The notes beneath the pieces were generated by a model. It searched no databases, was not told where the DNA came from, and worked only from the letters and a program-made list of their open reading frames with translations. The translations under genes were made by a program, and so were the position numbers. A stretch of 64,000 bases of DNA from Candidatus Rokuibacteriota bacterium. GTDB taxonomy: Bacteria > Methylomirabilota > Methylomirabilia > Rokubacteriales > CSP1-6. Positions within the stretch are counted from its first letter, which is position 1; each line of letters opens with the position of its first letter. The stretch covers positions 16,046 through 80,045 of the forward strand of contig JACPCX010000185.1 in NCBI GenBank assembly GCA_016184305.1, in the 5' to 3' direction. Shown here piece by piece: positions 44,962 to 54,274 of the stretch.

Positions 44962-46088
44962 CCCCGACAGCCTCGACCGCACAACCGCCGCAGGGGTCGC
45001 AGGCGGTCCTCGTCGCGCTCGCCGTGGCGGGCGCCGCCGCCTTCGTCTACGGCATCATGCAGCCTCAGCCGACCCGCGCCTGGGGGATGTACCTGGTCAA
45101 CCTCCTCTTCTGGTCGAGCCTGGCCATCACGGGACCGGCGCTGGCCGGGATGATGCAGCTCACCGAGGCGCGCTGGTCCCCGAGCGTGAAGCGGATCGCG
45201 CTGACCACGGCCGGCTTCCTGCCGATCTCGTTCGTCCTCTTCCTGATCCTCTTCGCCGGTCGGTCGGTGCTCTACCCGTGGGTGACGACGCCTGTGCCGG
45301 TGAAGGCGGCGTGGCTCAACGTGCCCTTCATGTCGCTCCGCATCGGTCTCGGCGTGGCGCTGCTCTACTGGGTGGCGCTTCGCTTCTCCCGGGCGGTGTT
45401 CGACGAGCAGACGGGCGCCGCCGACAGCGCCGAGGCCCGCAACCGCCGCAACCGGCTGGCCACCGCGCTCCTGGTCCTCTTCGTGGTGGTGCTGTCGCTC
45501 TGGGGCTTCGACCTGGTGATGTCCCTGGATCCCAGGTGGTTCAGCGGCCTCCTGGGCGGCTACTACGTGGTCAGCACGCTCTACACGGGCTTCGGCCTCG
45601 TGACGTTCCTCACCATCCGCGCCAACGCCCGCGGGCTCACCAGCGTCTCGCCGTCCGCCATCCAGGATGTGGCGAAGCTCACCTTCGCCATGTGCGTCAT
45701 GTGGATGTACTTCTTCTTCTCGCAGTACCTCGTGATCTGGTACGGCAACGTGCCCGTGGAGACCAAGTTCTTCCTGCGGCGCTTCTTCAATGACCCGTGG
45801 CGGACGATGGCCTTTGTCATCTTCATCGTGGGCTGGCTCGTCCCCTTCGGCTACCTGCTCAAGCGGCTCACGGGACGGCCGCCCACGGCCCACAAGCCGC
45901 TGGTCGTGATCCTCTTCATGGGATGGGCGGCCATCTTCCTCGAGCGGATCCTGCTGGTCTTCCCGGCGCTCGCGCCGGACGACGTCTTCCCGTTCGGCCT
46001 GATGGAGATCCTCATCACGGCGGGGTTCTTCGCGCTCTTCGCGCTCGGCCGCAACCGCTTCCTGTCCCGCTACGGGCCCCTCCTGTAG
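44958..46088 (+). CDS. actF: Alternative complex III membrane subunit ActF (NrfD-like)
   Basis: 376-aa polytopic protein starting MTPTASTAQPP... ATGA overlap with actE. Confidence 0.82.
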   Translation: MTPTASTAQPPQGSQAVLVALAVAGAAAFVYGIMQPQPTRAWGMYLVNLLFWSSLAITGPALAGMMQLTEARWSPSVKRIALTTAGFLPISFVLFLILFAGRSVLYPWVTTPVPVKAAWLNVPFMSLRIGLGVALLYWVALRFSRAVFDEQTGAADSAEARNRRNRLATALLVLFVVVLSLWGFDLVMSLDPRWFSGLLGGYYVVSTLYTGFGLVTFLTIRANARGLTSVSPSAIQDVAKLTFAMCVMWMYFFFSQYLVIWYGNVPVETKFFLRRFFNDPWRTMAFVIFIVGWLVPFGYLLKRLTGRPPTAHKPLVVILFMGWAAIFLERILLVFPALAPDDVFPFGLMEILITAGFFALFALGRNRFLSRYGPLL

Positions 46089-46227
46089 GGGTCAGGTCTT
46101 GCATTCCGACATCGGCAGGCGTACGGCCTTGCCTTGGGATGTGGGCGGGGCACTGGTCATCCTGTACCGCTGCGAGCGCAACAGCGATGGAGCCGGGGCT
46201 AGGTGTCGGAATGCAAGACCTGACCCC
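46088..46227. repeat. 140-bp element closed by a perfect 24-bp inverted repeat
   Basis: GGGGTCAGGTCTTGCATTCCGACA (46088..46111) and its exact reverse complement TGTCGGAATGCAAGACCTGACCCC (46204..46227), enclosing 92 nt. Lies between the actF stop and the moeA start. Confidence 0.85.
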
Positions 46228-46253
46228 CTCGCGCCCGGTGCTACACTGGGCGC

Positions 46254-47477
46254 GTGATCTCCGTCGAAGAGGCCCTCGATCGCATCCTCTCGCGCGTCTC
46301 CGTCCTCGGAGACGAGCGCGTGCCGCTGCTCGCAGCCCTCCACAGGGTCCTCGGCGAGCCGGTGACGGCGGGCCTCGACATCCCGCCCTGGCCCAACTCG
46401 TCCATGGACGGCTACGCCGTGCGCAGCGCCGACACGGTGGGGGCGACCTCCGAGCGTCCCGCGCGGCTCACGCTCGGGGGGCGCGTGCCGGCGGGAGGCG
46501 TGGCCGAGCGGGCGCTCCGGGCCGGCGAGGCCTTCCGCATCTTCACCGGCGCGCCGCTTCCCGAGGGCGCCGACAGCATCATCCCGCAGGAGGACGTGAC
46601 GGCGGATGGCGGCACGGTCGGGATCGGCCGTCTCGTGCCGCCCGGGGAGTGCGTGAGGCCCCGGGGCGAGGACATGCGAGCCGGTGACATCGTGCTCGAG
46701 CGCGGGCGCGTGCTGGGGCCGGCCGAGATCGGCCTGCTCGCCACGCTCGGGCATCAGCCGGTGCGGGTGGTGCGGCGGCCCGTCGTGGGCATCCTCTCCA
46801 CGGGCGACGAGCTCGTGGATCTGCCGGGCGCACTCGGCCCGGGCCAGATTCCGAACTCGAACACCTACGCGCTGATGGCGCAGGTGCTCGAGGCCGGCGG
46901 CGAGCCCGTGAGCCTGGGAATTGCGCGCGATCGGCTGGACGACATCGTCGAGCGGCTCTCCTGGGGGCTCGGCTGCGATCTCCTCATCTCGTCCGCGGGC
47001 GTGTCCGTGGGCGAGCACGATCTCGTCAAGGCGGCGCTCGGGCGGCTCGGGGCCGAGCAGCACCTGTGGCTGGTCAACATGAGGCCGGGGAAGCCCGTGA
47101 CGTTCGGGACCATCCCCGCGGGAGCCAAGGGCGCCTTGCCGGTGTTCGGCCTGCCGGGCAACCCGGTGTCCGCCATGGTCACCTTCGAGCTCTTCGTCCG
47201 TCCGGCCATCCTGCGGGTGGGTGGTCACGCGCGTCTGTCGCGTCCCGTGATCTCCTCGCGCGCGCTCCTGCCGATCCCCAATCCGGGGCGCCGCCGCGGC
47301 TATCTGCGGGTGACGGTGACGCGAGGGGACGGCGGATACGGCGCGCGGCTCACGGGCGACCAGGGCTCGGGGATCCTGCGCTCCATGGTCGCCGCCGACG
47401 GTCTGGCCATCGTCCCCGGGGATACGACGGTGGGGCGGGGCGAGGACGTCCAGGTCATGCTGCTCAGGGAGCTCTGA
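46254..47477 (+). CDS. moeA: Molybdopterin molybdenumtransferase MoeA
   Basis: 407 aa. ...SVEEALDRIL...PPWPNSSMDGYAV...IFTGAPLPEGAD...GDELV...IPNSN...SAGVSVGEHD...PGNPVSAMVTF... Confidence 0.94.
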   Translation: MISVEEALDRILSRVSVLGDERVPLLAALHRVLGEPVTAGLDIPPWPNSSMDGYAVRSADTVGATSERPARLTLGGRVPAGGVAERALRAGEAFRIFTGAPLPEGADSIIPQEDVTADGGTVGIGRLVPPGECVRPRGEDMRAGDIVLERGRVLGPAEIGLLATLGHQPVRVVRRPVVGILSTGDELVDLPGALGPGQIPNSNTYALMAQVLEAGGEPVSLGIARDRLDDIVERLSWGLGCDLLISSAGVSVGEHDLVKAALGRLGAEQHLWLVNMRPGKPVTFGTIPAGAKGALPVFGLPGNPVSAMVTFELFVRPAILRVGGHARLSRPVISSRALLPIPNPGRRRGYLRVTVTRGDGGYGARLTGDQGSGILRSMVAADGLAIVPGDTTVGRGEDVQVMLLREL

Positions 47478-48528
47478 GGAAGAGCGCCCAGAGGGCCAGC
47501 CAGGCGCCGAGCGCCATCGAGGCGAAGGTGACGAGGCTGCCGACGCTGAGCGTGGCGGAGTTGGTCAGTCCCTGATTGATATTGCACCCCTCGGCGAGAA
47601 GGGCCGCGCCGCCCATCAAGAGCCCTCCCCCGAAGATCTTCAGGAGGCTCCACCCCGGAGGCAGCTTCAAGCGGAAGTCGCCCGCCCGCCAGGCTCCCGC
47701 GAAGGCGCCCACAGGCACGCCGAGCAGCATCACCATGCTCCAGGTGACCTGGGTCGGGTATCCGACGAGCGGGTAGGTGAGCAGGTAACCCGTGTTGGAC
47801 GCGAACGTGATGCCGGCGGGACGGCTCCCGAAGCCGGACGCCCACCAGCCCGCTGCGATCATCACCCCGACCGCGATCCCCGTCATCGGCCACGACCACT
47901 TGCCGTGCTCGGGTTGGGCTCGCTCACGCTCGCCCGGATTCCCATATCCGCCCGCCTCGCCGCGGCGGCCGCCGCTCAGCTGGCCAGGCAGTGGCCGCGC
48001 CAGCCAGACGGCGGCGGAGGCTGCGAGCACCGCGATGACGACCCACGGCGAGACGCCGACGAGCCCGTGGAGCGTCGGCGCCGCACCGCCGAGGGTGACG
48101 GCCGGCGCTTGCAGCCACGTCCGCACCGGGGCCAGCACGCCGACGCTGACGGTGGTCGCGCCCATGGCGAAGCCGAGGAGCACGACGCAGGCTCCGATGG
48201 CGCCCTCGCCGACGCGATACCACGTGCTCCCCGAGCAGCCGCCGGAGAGGATCATGCCCACGCCGAAGAGCCCCCCGCCCAGGATGTTGGCGACCCAGCG
48301 GAACGGCCGGATGGGCACCTCGATGAGTCCGAGCGCCATGAGCGTGTGCACGCCGATCATGGCGACCAGGAGCGCCAGCACGTAGGCGCGGAGGATCGTG
48401 GTGTCTCCCATGAGGACGGCGTTGGACAGCGCGCGCGTGAGACAGAAGCCGCCTCGCTGGAGCACGTACCCGAAGAGGAGGCCGGTGAGCAGCGCCGAGA
48501 CGTACAGGGCCCAGTTGAAGTCGTCCAT
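47464..48528 (-). CDS. yeeE: YeeE/YedE family sulfur-compound (thiosulfate-type) transporter
   Basis: 354 aa, two homologous halves, each with ...GGFC.../...GGCSGS.../...AEGCN... type motifs. The linker contains a repeat-derived segment. Confidence 0.88.
   Translation of the reverse strand: MDDFNWALYVSALLTGLLFGYVLQRGGFCLTRALSNAVLMGDTTILRAYVLALLVAMIGVHTLMALGLIEVPIRPFRWVANILGGGLFGVGMILSGGCSGSTWYRVGEGAIGACVVLLGFAMGATTVSVGVLAPVRTWLQAPAVTLGGAAPTLHGLVGVSPWVVIAVLAASAAVWLARPLPGQLSGGRRGEAGGYGNPGERERAQPEHGKWSWPMTGIAVGVMIAAGWWASGFGSRPAGITFASNTGYLLTYPLVGYPTQVTWSMVMLLGVPVGAFAGAWRAGDFRLKLPPGWSLLKIFGGGLLMGGAALLAEGCNINQGLTNSATLSVGSLVTFASMALGAWLALWALFLRAP
47917..47960 (-). repeat. Class II repeat unit embedded in-frame in the yeeE inter-domain linker
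   Basis: GGCTCGCTCACGCTCGCCCGGATTCCCATATCCGCCCGCCTCGC closely matches the reverse complement of the 23876..23922 unit. Translates within yeeE as ...RRGEAGGYGNPGERERAQP... Confidence 0.7.
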
Positions 48529-48571
48529 GGGCGCATGCTAGCCCGCGCCCGCCGGGGTGTAAAGCAGTCCG

Positions 48572-48632
48572 ATGAGCGCTTGCGCGAAGAGGCCCAACCG
48601 CGACGCGAGGTCCTCCACAGTCAGGCGACCCC
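48572..48632 (+). repeat. Class I repeat, single copy
   Basis: ATGAGCGCTTGCGCGAAGAGGCCCAACCGCGACGCGAGGTCCTCCACAGTCAGGCGACCCC, upstream of the YbgF-like gene. Confidence 0.75.
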
Positions 48633-48676
48633 GAAGTTTGACTTGTCTTCGGGGCGGGTGCTACCGTCCGGCTGTC

Positions 48677-49471
48677 ATGCCGCGCGTCCTCTTCCATCCC
48701 AAGTTCCGCCGGCTCGCCGGTTGCGCGCTCGTCGCGGGAGCGACGTGGGGCTGCGCGTCGGACGAGAGCGCGCGCCGCGCCGTCGCCGAGATCGCCTCTG
48801 TGCAGAGAGAGCTCGCGGAGATGCGGACGATGCACCAGGGGAACACGCGGGAGCTCGCCGAGCTCGGGTCGCGGATGCGCGGGCTCGAGAGCGAGGTGGC
48901 GGGCCTGGCGACGGAGATCAGGAGCGCGGCTCCCGAGCTGACCCGGGCGCGCGCGGCGCTGGAGGAGGCCGACGCGGCCCTGCGGGCCCGCGTGACCCGG
49001 AGCGCTCCTCCCGAGCCGGCGCCTGCGCAAGCGCCGGGGGTGGCGTCCGCCGCGAGAGCCGCGCCCGCCACCGAGCCGACCCCCGAGCGGCTCCACGCCA
49101 GCGCGATGGCGAATGTCCGGGCGCGCGAGCCCGGACAGGCTGTGCTGGAGCTCACCGATCTCATCGCGCGGTTCCCGCGACATCCGCTGGCCGCTGCGGC
49201 ACAGCTCGGGATCGGCGAAGCGTACTACCAGCAAGGCGATTGTCGCCAGGCGCTCGTGGAGCTGGGGAAAGTGGTGGAGGGCTACCCCGGGAGCGCCCAG
49301 GTCCCGGACGCGCTCCTCAAGATCGGGCTCTGCCGCCGCTCGCTCGGAGAACCGGGTGGCGCCACCGCCGCGTGGCGCCGGCTCGTGAGCGAGCATCCGC
49401 GGACGGATGCCGCCGCCCGCGCGCGCGCCCTGCTTGACGTGCGAAGCGGCGCCGCGCGCCGTTCGCGCTGA
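48677..49471 (+). CDS. YbgF/CpoB-like TPR lipoprotein (Tol-Pal associated family)
   Basis: MPRVLFHPKFRRLAGCALVAG (lipobox-like), coiled-coil segment, then TPR region ...EAYYQQGDCRQALVELGKVVEGYPGSAQVPDALLKIG... ATG 48677 preferred over the repeat-borne 48572. Confidence 0.75.
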   Translation: MPRVLFHPKFRRLAGCALVAGATWGCASDESARRAVAEIASVQRELAEMRTMHQGNTRELAELGSRMRGLESEVAGLATEIRSAAPELTRARAALEEADAALRARVTRSAPPEPAPAQAPGVASAARAAPATEPTPERLHASAMANVRAREPGQAVLELTDLIARFPRHPLAAAAQLGIGEAYYQQGDCRQALVELGKVVEGYPGSAQVPDALLKIGLCRRSLGEPGGATAAWRRLVSEHPRTDAAARARALLDVRSGAARRSR

Positions 49472-49501
49472 TCCCACCGACGGGTCGCGCGCGTCCATTT
49501 C

Positions 49502-49529
49502 TTGACGCCCCTCGTCACGAAGGTATACT
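49502..49529 (+). promoter_or_regulatory. Candidate sigma-70 promoter TTGACG-16 nt-TATACT upstream of dprA-topA
   Basis: TTGACG at 49502..49507; TATACT at 49524..49529. 27 nt before the dprA ATG. Confidence 0.5.
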
Positions 49530-49555
49530 GAAGCGCGTTCTTTCATGAGCCAGCG

Positions 49556-50542
49556 ATGATGACGACGACACGTATCTATGCAGAGACACTGAGCGATGCG
49601 CGGCATCGCGCGTCCGCGTGGCGCGAGAAGATCGCCCGCGCCCAGGCGGTGCCCTCGGTGCGCGTCGTGAGCCCCGGGAACGCCGCGTTCCCGAGGCTCC
49701 TCGGCGAGATCCCGGATCCGCCGGCGTGCCTGCACGTCTGGGGACGCATCCTCGCCGAGGATGCGCTGGCGGTGGCCGTGGTGGGCTCGCGCCAGGCGAC
49801 CCCCTACGGGATCGAGGTGGCCGAGCGGCTGGGCTTCGATCTTGCGACGCGCGGCGTGACGGTGGTGAGCGGGCTCGCGCGCGGGATCGACAGCGCGGCC
49901 CACCGCGGCGCGCTCGAGGCGGGCGGGCGGACCATCGCCGTGCTGGGCTCGGGGCTCGACGCGATTTACCCGCCCGAGAACCGGCGGCTGGCGGCGCGGA
50001 TCGCGCAGCGCGGGGCGGTGGTCTCGCAGTTCGCGCGGAATGCGCGCGCGCTGCCACACCATTTTCCCGAGCGGAACCGGGTGATCGCGGGCCTGGCGCT
50101 GGGCGTGGTCGTGGTGGAAGCGGCAGAGCGGAGCGGCGCGCTGATCACGGCCGGGCACGCCGCGGAGCTGGGGCGCGAGGTCATGGCGGTGCCGGGCCGG
50201 GTCACCTCCCCCACGAGCCGGGGCGCGCACCGCCTGCTCAAGGACGGCGCGGCGCCGGTGGAGGGCTGGGAGGACGTGATCGCCCAGCTGCCGGCGCGCT
50301 TCCGTGATTGCGTCAAGGTGGTGGCCGCGAGCGGCGCCTCCGCGGACTCCGGCGCGGCGCCAGGGGACGATGAGCGGCGGCTCCTCGCGCTCCTGGGAGA
50401 GGAGCCGGCGGGCATGGACGACCTGATCATGCGCAGTGGGCTGCCGGCAGGCCGCGCGGCGGCACTGCTGCAGTCACTCGCACTCGATGGCTGGGTGCGG
50501 CAATTGCCCGGCGCGCGGTTCATCCGGGCGGGCCGATCGTGA
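49556..50542 (+). CDS. dprA: DNA-processing protein DprA (Smf)
   Basis: ...VAVVGSRQATPYG...VVSGLARGIDSAAHRGAL...TIAVLGSGLD..YP.EN... plus a C-terminal winged-helix region. Confidence 0.93.
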   Translation: MMTTTRIYAETLSDARHRASAWREKIARAQAVPSVRVVSPGNAAFPRLLGEIPDPPACLHVWGRILAEDALAVAVVGSRQATPYGIEVAERLGFDLATRGVTVVSGLARGIDSAAHRGALEAGGRTIAVLGSGLDAIYPPENRRLAARIAQRGAVVSQFARNARALPHHFPERNRVIAGLALGVVVVEAAERSGALITAGHAAELGREVMAVPGRVTSPTSRGAHRLLKDGAAPVEGWEDVIAQLPARFRDCVKVVAASGASADSGAAPGDDERRLLALLGEEPAGMDDLIMRSGLPAGRAAALLQSLALDGWVRQLPGARFIRAGRS

Positions 50543-52818
50543 AAGGACGAGGGGAGAGCGTGGCGAAGCGCGCCCTGGTGGTGGTGGAGTCGCCCACCAA
50601 GGTCAAGACGATCCAGAAGTACCTGGACTCGACGTACATCGTCAAGGCCTCCATGGGCCACATCCGCGATCTGCCCAAGTCGAAGCTGGGCGTGGACGAG
50701 AAGAAGGGCTTCAAGCCGGACTACAAGGTCCTGCCGGCGAAGAAGAAGGTCCTGGACGAGCTGAAGAAGGCCGCGGAGAAGGCGGATGCGCTCTACATCG
50801 CGACCGACCCGGACCGCGAGGGCGAGGCCATCGGCTGGCACCTCGCCGCCGAGCTCGGGATCGGCAAGACCAAGACCTACCGGATCATGTTCAACGAGAT
50901 CACCGAGCGCGCGGTCAAGGCGGCCTTCCAGCATCCGGGCAAGATCGACATGAACAAGGTGAACGCGCAGCAGGCGCGCCGGATCCTGGACCGCCTGGTG
51001 GGCTACAAGCTCTCCCCGCTTCTCTGGGAGAAGATCCGCCGCGGGCTCTCGGCCGGACGCGTCCAGTCCGTGGCGGTGCGGCTCCTCACCGAGCGCGAGC
51101 GCGAGATCCAGGCCTTCGTGGCGGTGGAGTACTGGTCGCTGCACGCACGCCTCCTGGGCACGCACCCGCCGGAGTTCACGGCCACGCTCCGGGAGGTCCG
51201 CGGGGAGAAGGCGAGCCTGCCGTCCGAGCGGGAGACGATGGCGGTGATGACGGCGCTCCACGGCTGCGAGTGGCGGGTCAAGTCGGTCACGCGGGGCGAG
51301 CGGAGGCGGAACCCGGCGGCGCCCTTCACGACCTCCACGCTCCAGCAGGAGGCCGGCCGCAAGCTGCACTTCACGGCGAAGAAGACCATGATGCTCGCCC
51401 AGCAGCTCTACGAGGGCATCGAGCTCGGGGCCGAGGGCAGCGTGGGTCTCATCACCTACATGCGCACCGATGCCGTGCGCGTCTCGCAGGAGGCGCAGGC
51501 GGAGGCGCGCGACTGGGTGGGGCGCCGGCTCGGGCGCGAGTATCTCCCGGACGCGCCGCCGGTGTACCGGGCGAGGAAGAGCGCGCAGGAGGCCCACGAG
51601 GCCATCCGCCCGGCGTTCGTCGAGCAGGAGCCCAAGGCCGTGGCGCGCTTCCTCAGCCGAGACCAGCTGGCGCTCTACCGGCTGATCTGGGAGCGCTTCC
51701 TCGCGAGCCAGATGCTGCCGGCGGTGTACGACACGGTGGCGGCGGACATCCGGGCCAACGACTGCCTCTTCCGCGCCCAGGGCTCGACGCTGAAGTTCCA
51801 GGGCTTCATGGCCGTGTACGTGGAGTCGCGGGAGGAGGTCCCCGAGACGCAGGAGGACGAGGTCGAGACGGAGGCCGTGGTGCCCCCGCTCGTCGAGGGC
51901 GAGCGGCTCCGTCTCCGCGCGCTGGATCCCAAGCAGCACTTCACGCAGCCGCCGCCGCGCTACACGGAGGCCTCGCTGGTCAAGACCCTCGAGGAGCGCG
52001 GCATCGGCCGGCCGTCCACGTATGCGCAGATCCTCTCCACCATTCAGGAGCGGGAGTACGCGAGGCGGGAGAAGGGGACACTCTTCCCGAGCGAGCTCGG
52101 CATGCTGGTCACCGACTCGCTGGTGCCGCATTTCCCTGAAGTCATGGACGTGGAGTTCACGGCCGGGCTCGAGGAGTCGCTGGACAAGATCGAGGAGGGG
52201 GAGGCCGACTGGGTGGAGACGGTCGCCGCCTTCTACAAGCAGTTCTCCAAGGACCTCGCTCGCGCCGGCAAGAAGATGGACGACGTCAAGAAGGGCACGG
52301 AGACGGGCGACGCCTGCCCCCACTGCGGCAAGCCCATCGTGGAGAAGTGGGGGCGCTTCGGCAAGTTCCTCGCGTGCTCCGCCTATCCCGAGTGCAAGTA
52401 CACGAAGGATCTCGGCGGCGGGCGGGTGAAGGTGGCCGACGAGCCCACGGAGGAGATCTGCCCCACCTGCAGCAAGCCCATGGTCATCAAGCATGGGCGC
52501 TTCGGGAAATTCATCGCGTGCTCCGGCTATCCCGGTTGCAAGACCACCAAGCCCGTGCCGCTCGGGATCGGCTGTCCCCAGCCGGCCTGCGGCGGTCAGC
52601 TCGTGGAGCGGCGGACCCGGAAGGGCCGGACCTTCTACGCGTGCACCAACTACCCGCAATGCACCTTCTCGGTGTGGACCCGGCCCATCCCGGAGCCCTG
52701 TCCTAAATGCGCCGCGCCCTTCCTGACCGAACGGATTGCCCGGGGCGGCAAGACCACGCGCGCCTGTGTTCGCGACGAGTGCGGGTACAAGCAGGAGGTC
52801 GGCCCCGCTGTCGCCTGA
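50539..52818 (+). CDS. topA: DNA topoisomerase I
   Basis: 759 aa. Toprim ...LVVVESPTKVKTIQKYL...; catalytic region ...ITYMRTD...; C-terminal repeated Cys4 zinc ribbons (CPHCG..C, CPTCS..C, CPQPACGG..C, CPKCAAP..C). Confidence 0.97.
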   Translation: MKGRGESVAKRALVVVESPTKVKTIQKYLDSTYIVKASMGHIRDLPKSKLGVDEKKGFKPDYKVLPAKKKVLDELKKAAEKADALYIATDPDREGEAIGWHLAAELGIGKTKTYRIMFNEITERAVKAAFQHPGKIDMNKVNAQQARRILDRLVGYKLSPLLWEKIRRGLSAGRVQSVAVRLLTEREREIQAFVAVEYWSLHARLLGTHPPEFTATLREVRGEKASLPSERETMAVMTALHGCEWRVKSVTRGERRRNPAAPFTTSTLQQEAGRKLHFTAKKTMMLAQQLYEGIELGAEGSVGLITYMRTDAVRVSQEAQAEARDWVGRRLGREYLPDAPPVYRARKSAQEAHEAIRPAFVEQEPKAVARFLSRDQLALYRLIWERFLASQMLPAVYDTVAADIRANDCLFRAQGSTLKFQGFMAVYVESREEVPETQEDEVETEAVVPPLVEGERLRLRALDPKQHFTQPPPRYTEASLVKTLEERGIGRPSTYAQILSTIQEREYARREKGTLFPSELGMLVTDSLVPHFPEVMDVEFTAGLEESLDKIEEGEADWVETVAAFYKQFSKDLARAGKKMDDVKKGTETGDACPHCGKPIVEKWGRFGKFLACSAYPECKYTKDLGGGRVKVADEPTEEICPTCSKPMVIKHGRFGKFIACSGYPGCKTTKPVPLGIGCPQPACGGQLVERRTRKGRTFYACTNYPQCTFSVWTRPIPEPCPKCAAPFLTERIARGGKTTRACVRDECGYKQEVGPAVA

Positions 52819-52838
52819 CGGGCCGCGCGCCAGTCACC

Positions 52839-53723
52839 GTGAGCCAGCAGGTATCCGATTCCGTCGCGGCCTTCCTCGCCTATCTGGAGGCCGAGCGGGG
52901 CGCCTCGCCCCACACCCTCAGGGGCTACGCGGCCGACCTCGCGGAGTTCCAGCACTTCCTCCGGGAGCAGGGCGTCCGCGGGCTCACGGAGGTGGACGCG
53001 CGGCTCCTGCGGGCGTATCTGGTGCGGCTGTATCAGCGGCGGCTCGCCAAGAGCAGCATCGCGCGCAAGCTCGCCTCGGTGAGGAGCTGCTTCCGGTTCC
53101 TCACGCGCCGCGGGCTCCTCGAGAGCAACCCCGCCCGACAGGTGCGGACGCCGAGCGCGCCGCGCCGGCTGCCGTCCTTCCTCCCCAAGGACGAGTCGAA
53201 GGAGCTGCTGGACCGGCCCGTGGACGCCTCCGGGGCCGGACGCCGGGACCACGCGCTCCTGGAACTGCTCTACGCGAGCGGACTGCGCGTCGCCGAGTGC
53301 TGCGGTCTCGATCTCGATGACCTGGATCGGCACCGCGCGACGGTCCGGGTCCTCGGCAAGGGAGACAAGGAGCGGGTGGTGCCCGTCGGCGATGAGGCGC
53401 TCGCCGCGCTCGACGCCTACCTGGCCCTTCGCGGGGAGGGGCGGGGGGCGCTGTTCCGGAACCACAGGGGAGGCCGGCTCACGACGCGCAGCGTCCACCG
53501 GATCGTGAAGCGGCTGGCCCGCGCCGCCGGGATCACCCGGCGCGTGTCGCCTCACACCTTGCGCCACACCTTCGCCACCCACATGCTGGGCGAGGGGGCC
53601 GACCTGCGGCTCATCCAGGAGCTCCTGGGGCATCGCCGCCTGTCCACCACCCAGCGGTACACCCATGTGAGCCCCGAACATCTGATGAAGGTGTACGACA
53701 GGGCGCATCCGAGGGCGACATGA
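52839..53723 (+). CDS. xerC: Tyrosine recombinase XerC
   Basis: ...[19 protein letters not shown]...[12 protein letters not shown]...[34 protein letters not shown]. Conserved dprA-topA-xerC-hslVU context. GTG 52839. Confidence 0.9.
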   Translation: MSQQVSDSVAAFLAYLEAERGASPHTLRGYAADLAEFQHFLREQGVRGLTEVDARLLRAYLVRLYQRRLAKSSIARKLASVRSCFRFLTRRGLLESNPARQVRTPSAPRRLPSFLPKDESKELLDRPVDASGAGRRDHALLELLYASGLRVAECCGLDLDDLDRHRATVRVLGKGDKERVVPVGDEALAALDAYLALRGEGRGALFRNHRGGRLTTRSVHRIVKRLARAAGITRRVSPHTLRHTFATHMLGEGADLRLIQELLGHRRLSTTQRYTHVSPEHLMKVYDRAHPRAT

Positions 53724-54274
53724 GGGACCTCGACGGGCTCTCGCGCTTCCACGCCACGACGGTGCTCTGCGTCCGCCACCGGGGCCATGTGGCCATCGGC
53801 GGAGACGGGCAGGTGTCCATCGGGCAGACGGTGGTCAAGGCCGCGGCGCGGAAGGTCCGGAAGATCCACCACGGCCGGGTGCTCGCCGGCTTCGCCGGCG
53901 CGGCGGCGGACGCCTTCACGCTCTTCGGCAAGTTCGAGTCCAAGCTCGAGGAGCATCGCGGGAACCTGCCGCGGGCGGCCGTGGAGCTGGCCAAGGACTG
54001 GCGACTCGACCGCGTGCTGCGCCGCCTCGAGGCCTTGCTGGCGGTGGCGGACGCCGAGTCGTCCTTCATCATCTCGGGCACGGGCGACGTCATCGAGCCC
54101 GACGACGGGCTGATCGGCATCGGCTCCGGCGGGCCCTATGCGCTGGCCGCCGCGCGCGCTCTCTGCGCGCACTCCGAGCTGGATGCCACGGCCATCGCCG
54201 AGCAGGCCCTCCGCATCGCGGCGGAGATCTGCGTCTACACCAACGACCACATCACGGTCGAGGTGCTCGAATGA
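53720..54274 (+). CDS. hslV: ATP-dependent protease subunit HslV
   Basis: ...[23 protein letters not shown]... (N-terminal Thr after processing) ...[14 protein letters not shown]... Confidence 0.95.
   Translation: MRDLDGLSRFHATTVLCVRHRGHVAIGGDGQVSIGQTVVKAAARKVRKIHHGRVLAGFAGAAADAFTLFGKFESKLEEHRGNLPRAAVELAKDWRLDRVLRRLEALLAVADAESSFIISGTGDVIEPDDGLIGIGSGGPYALAAARALCAHSELDATAIAEQALRIAAEICVYTNDHITVEVLE

Noticed and set aside
46088-46227. Molybdenum-cofactor (Moco) riboswitch upstream of moeA
   Set aside because: The position is suggestive, but I could not recognise the conserved Moco core as I remember it. A perfect 24-bp closing stem is atypical for that class. I left it as something to test with Rfam, not as a call.
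49966-52659. 897-aa minus-strand ORF (also 47924..50230, 768 aa)
   Set aside because: These are antisense to dprA/topA and to the yeeE/YbgF-like region. The translations are Arg/Gly/Pro-rich nonsense, and the sense-strand genes are well supported.
52839-53723. Tyrosine recombinase as a marker of an integrated mobile element
   Set aside because: It sits in the conserved dprA-topA-xerC-hslV-hslU housekeeping arrangement with no flanking att-like repeats or phage/transposon genes, so I called it XerC.
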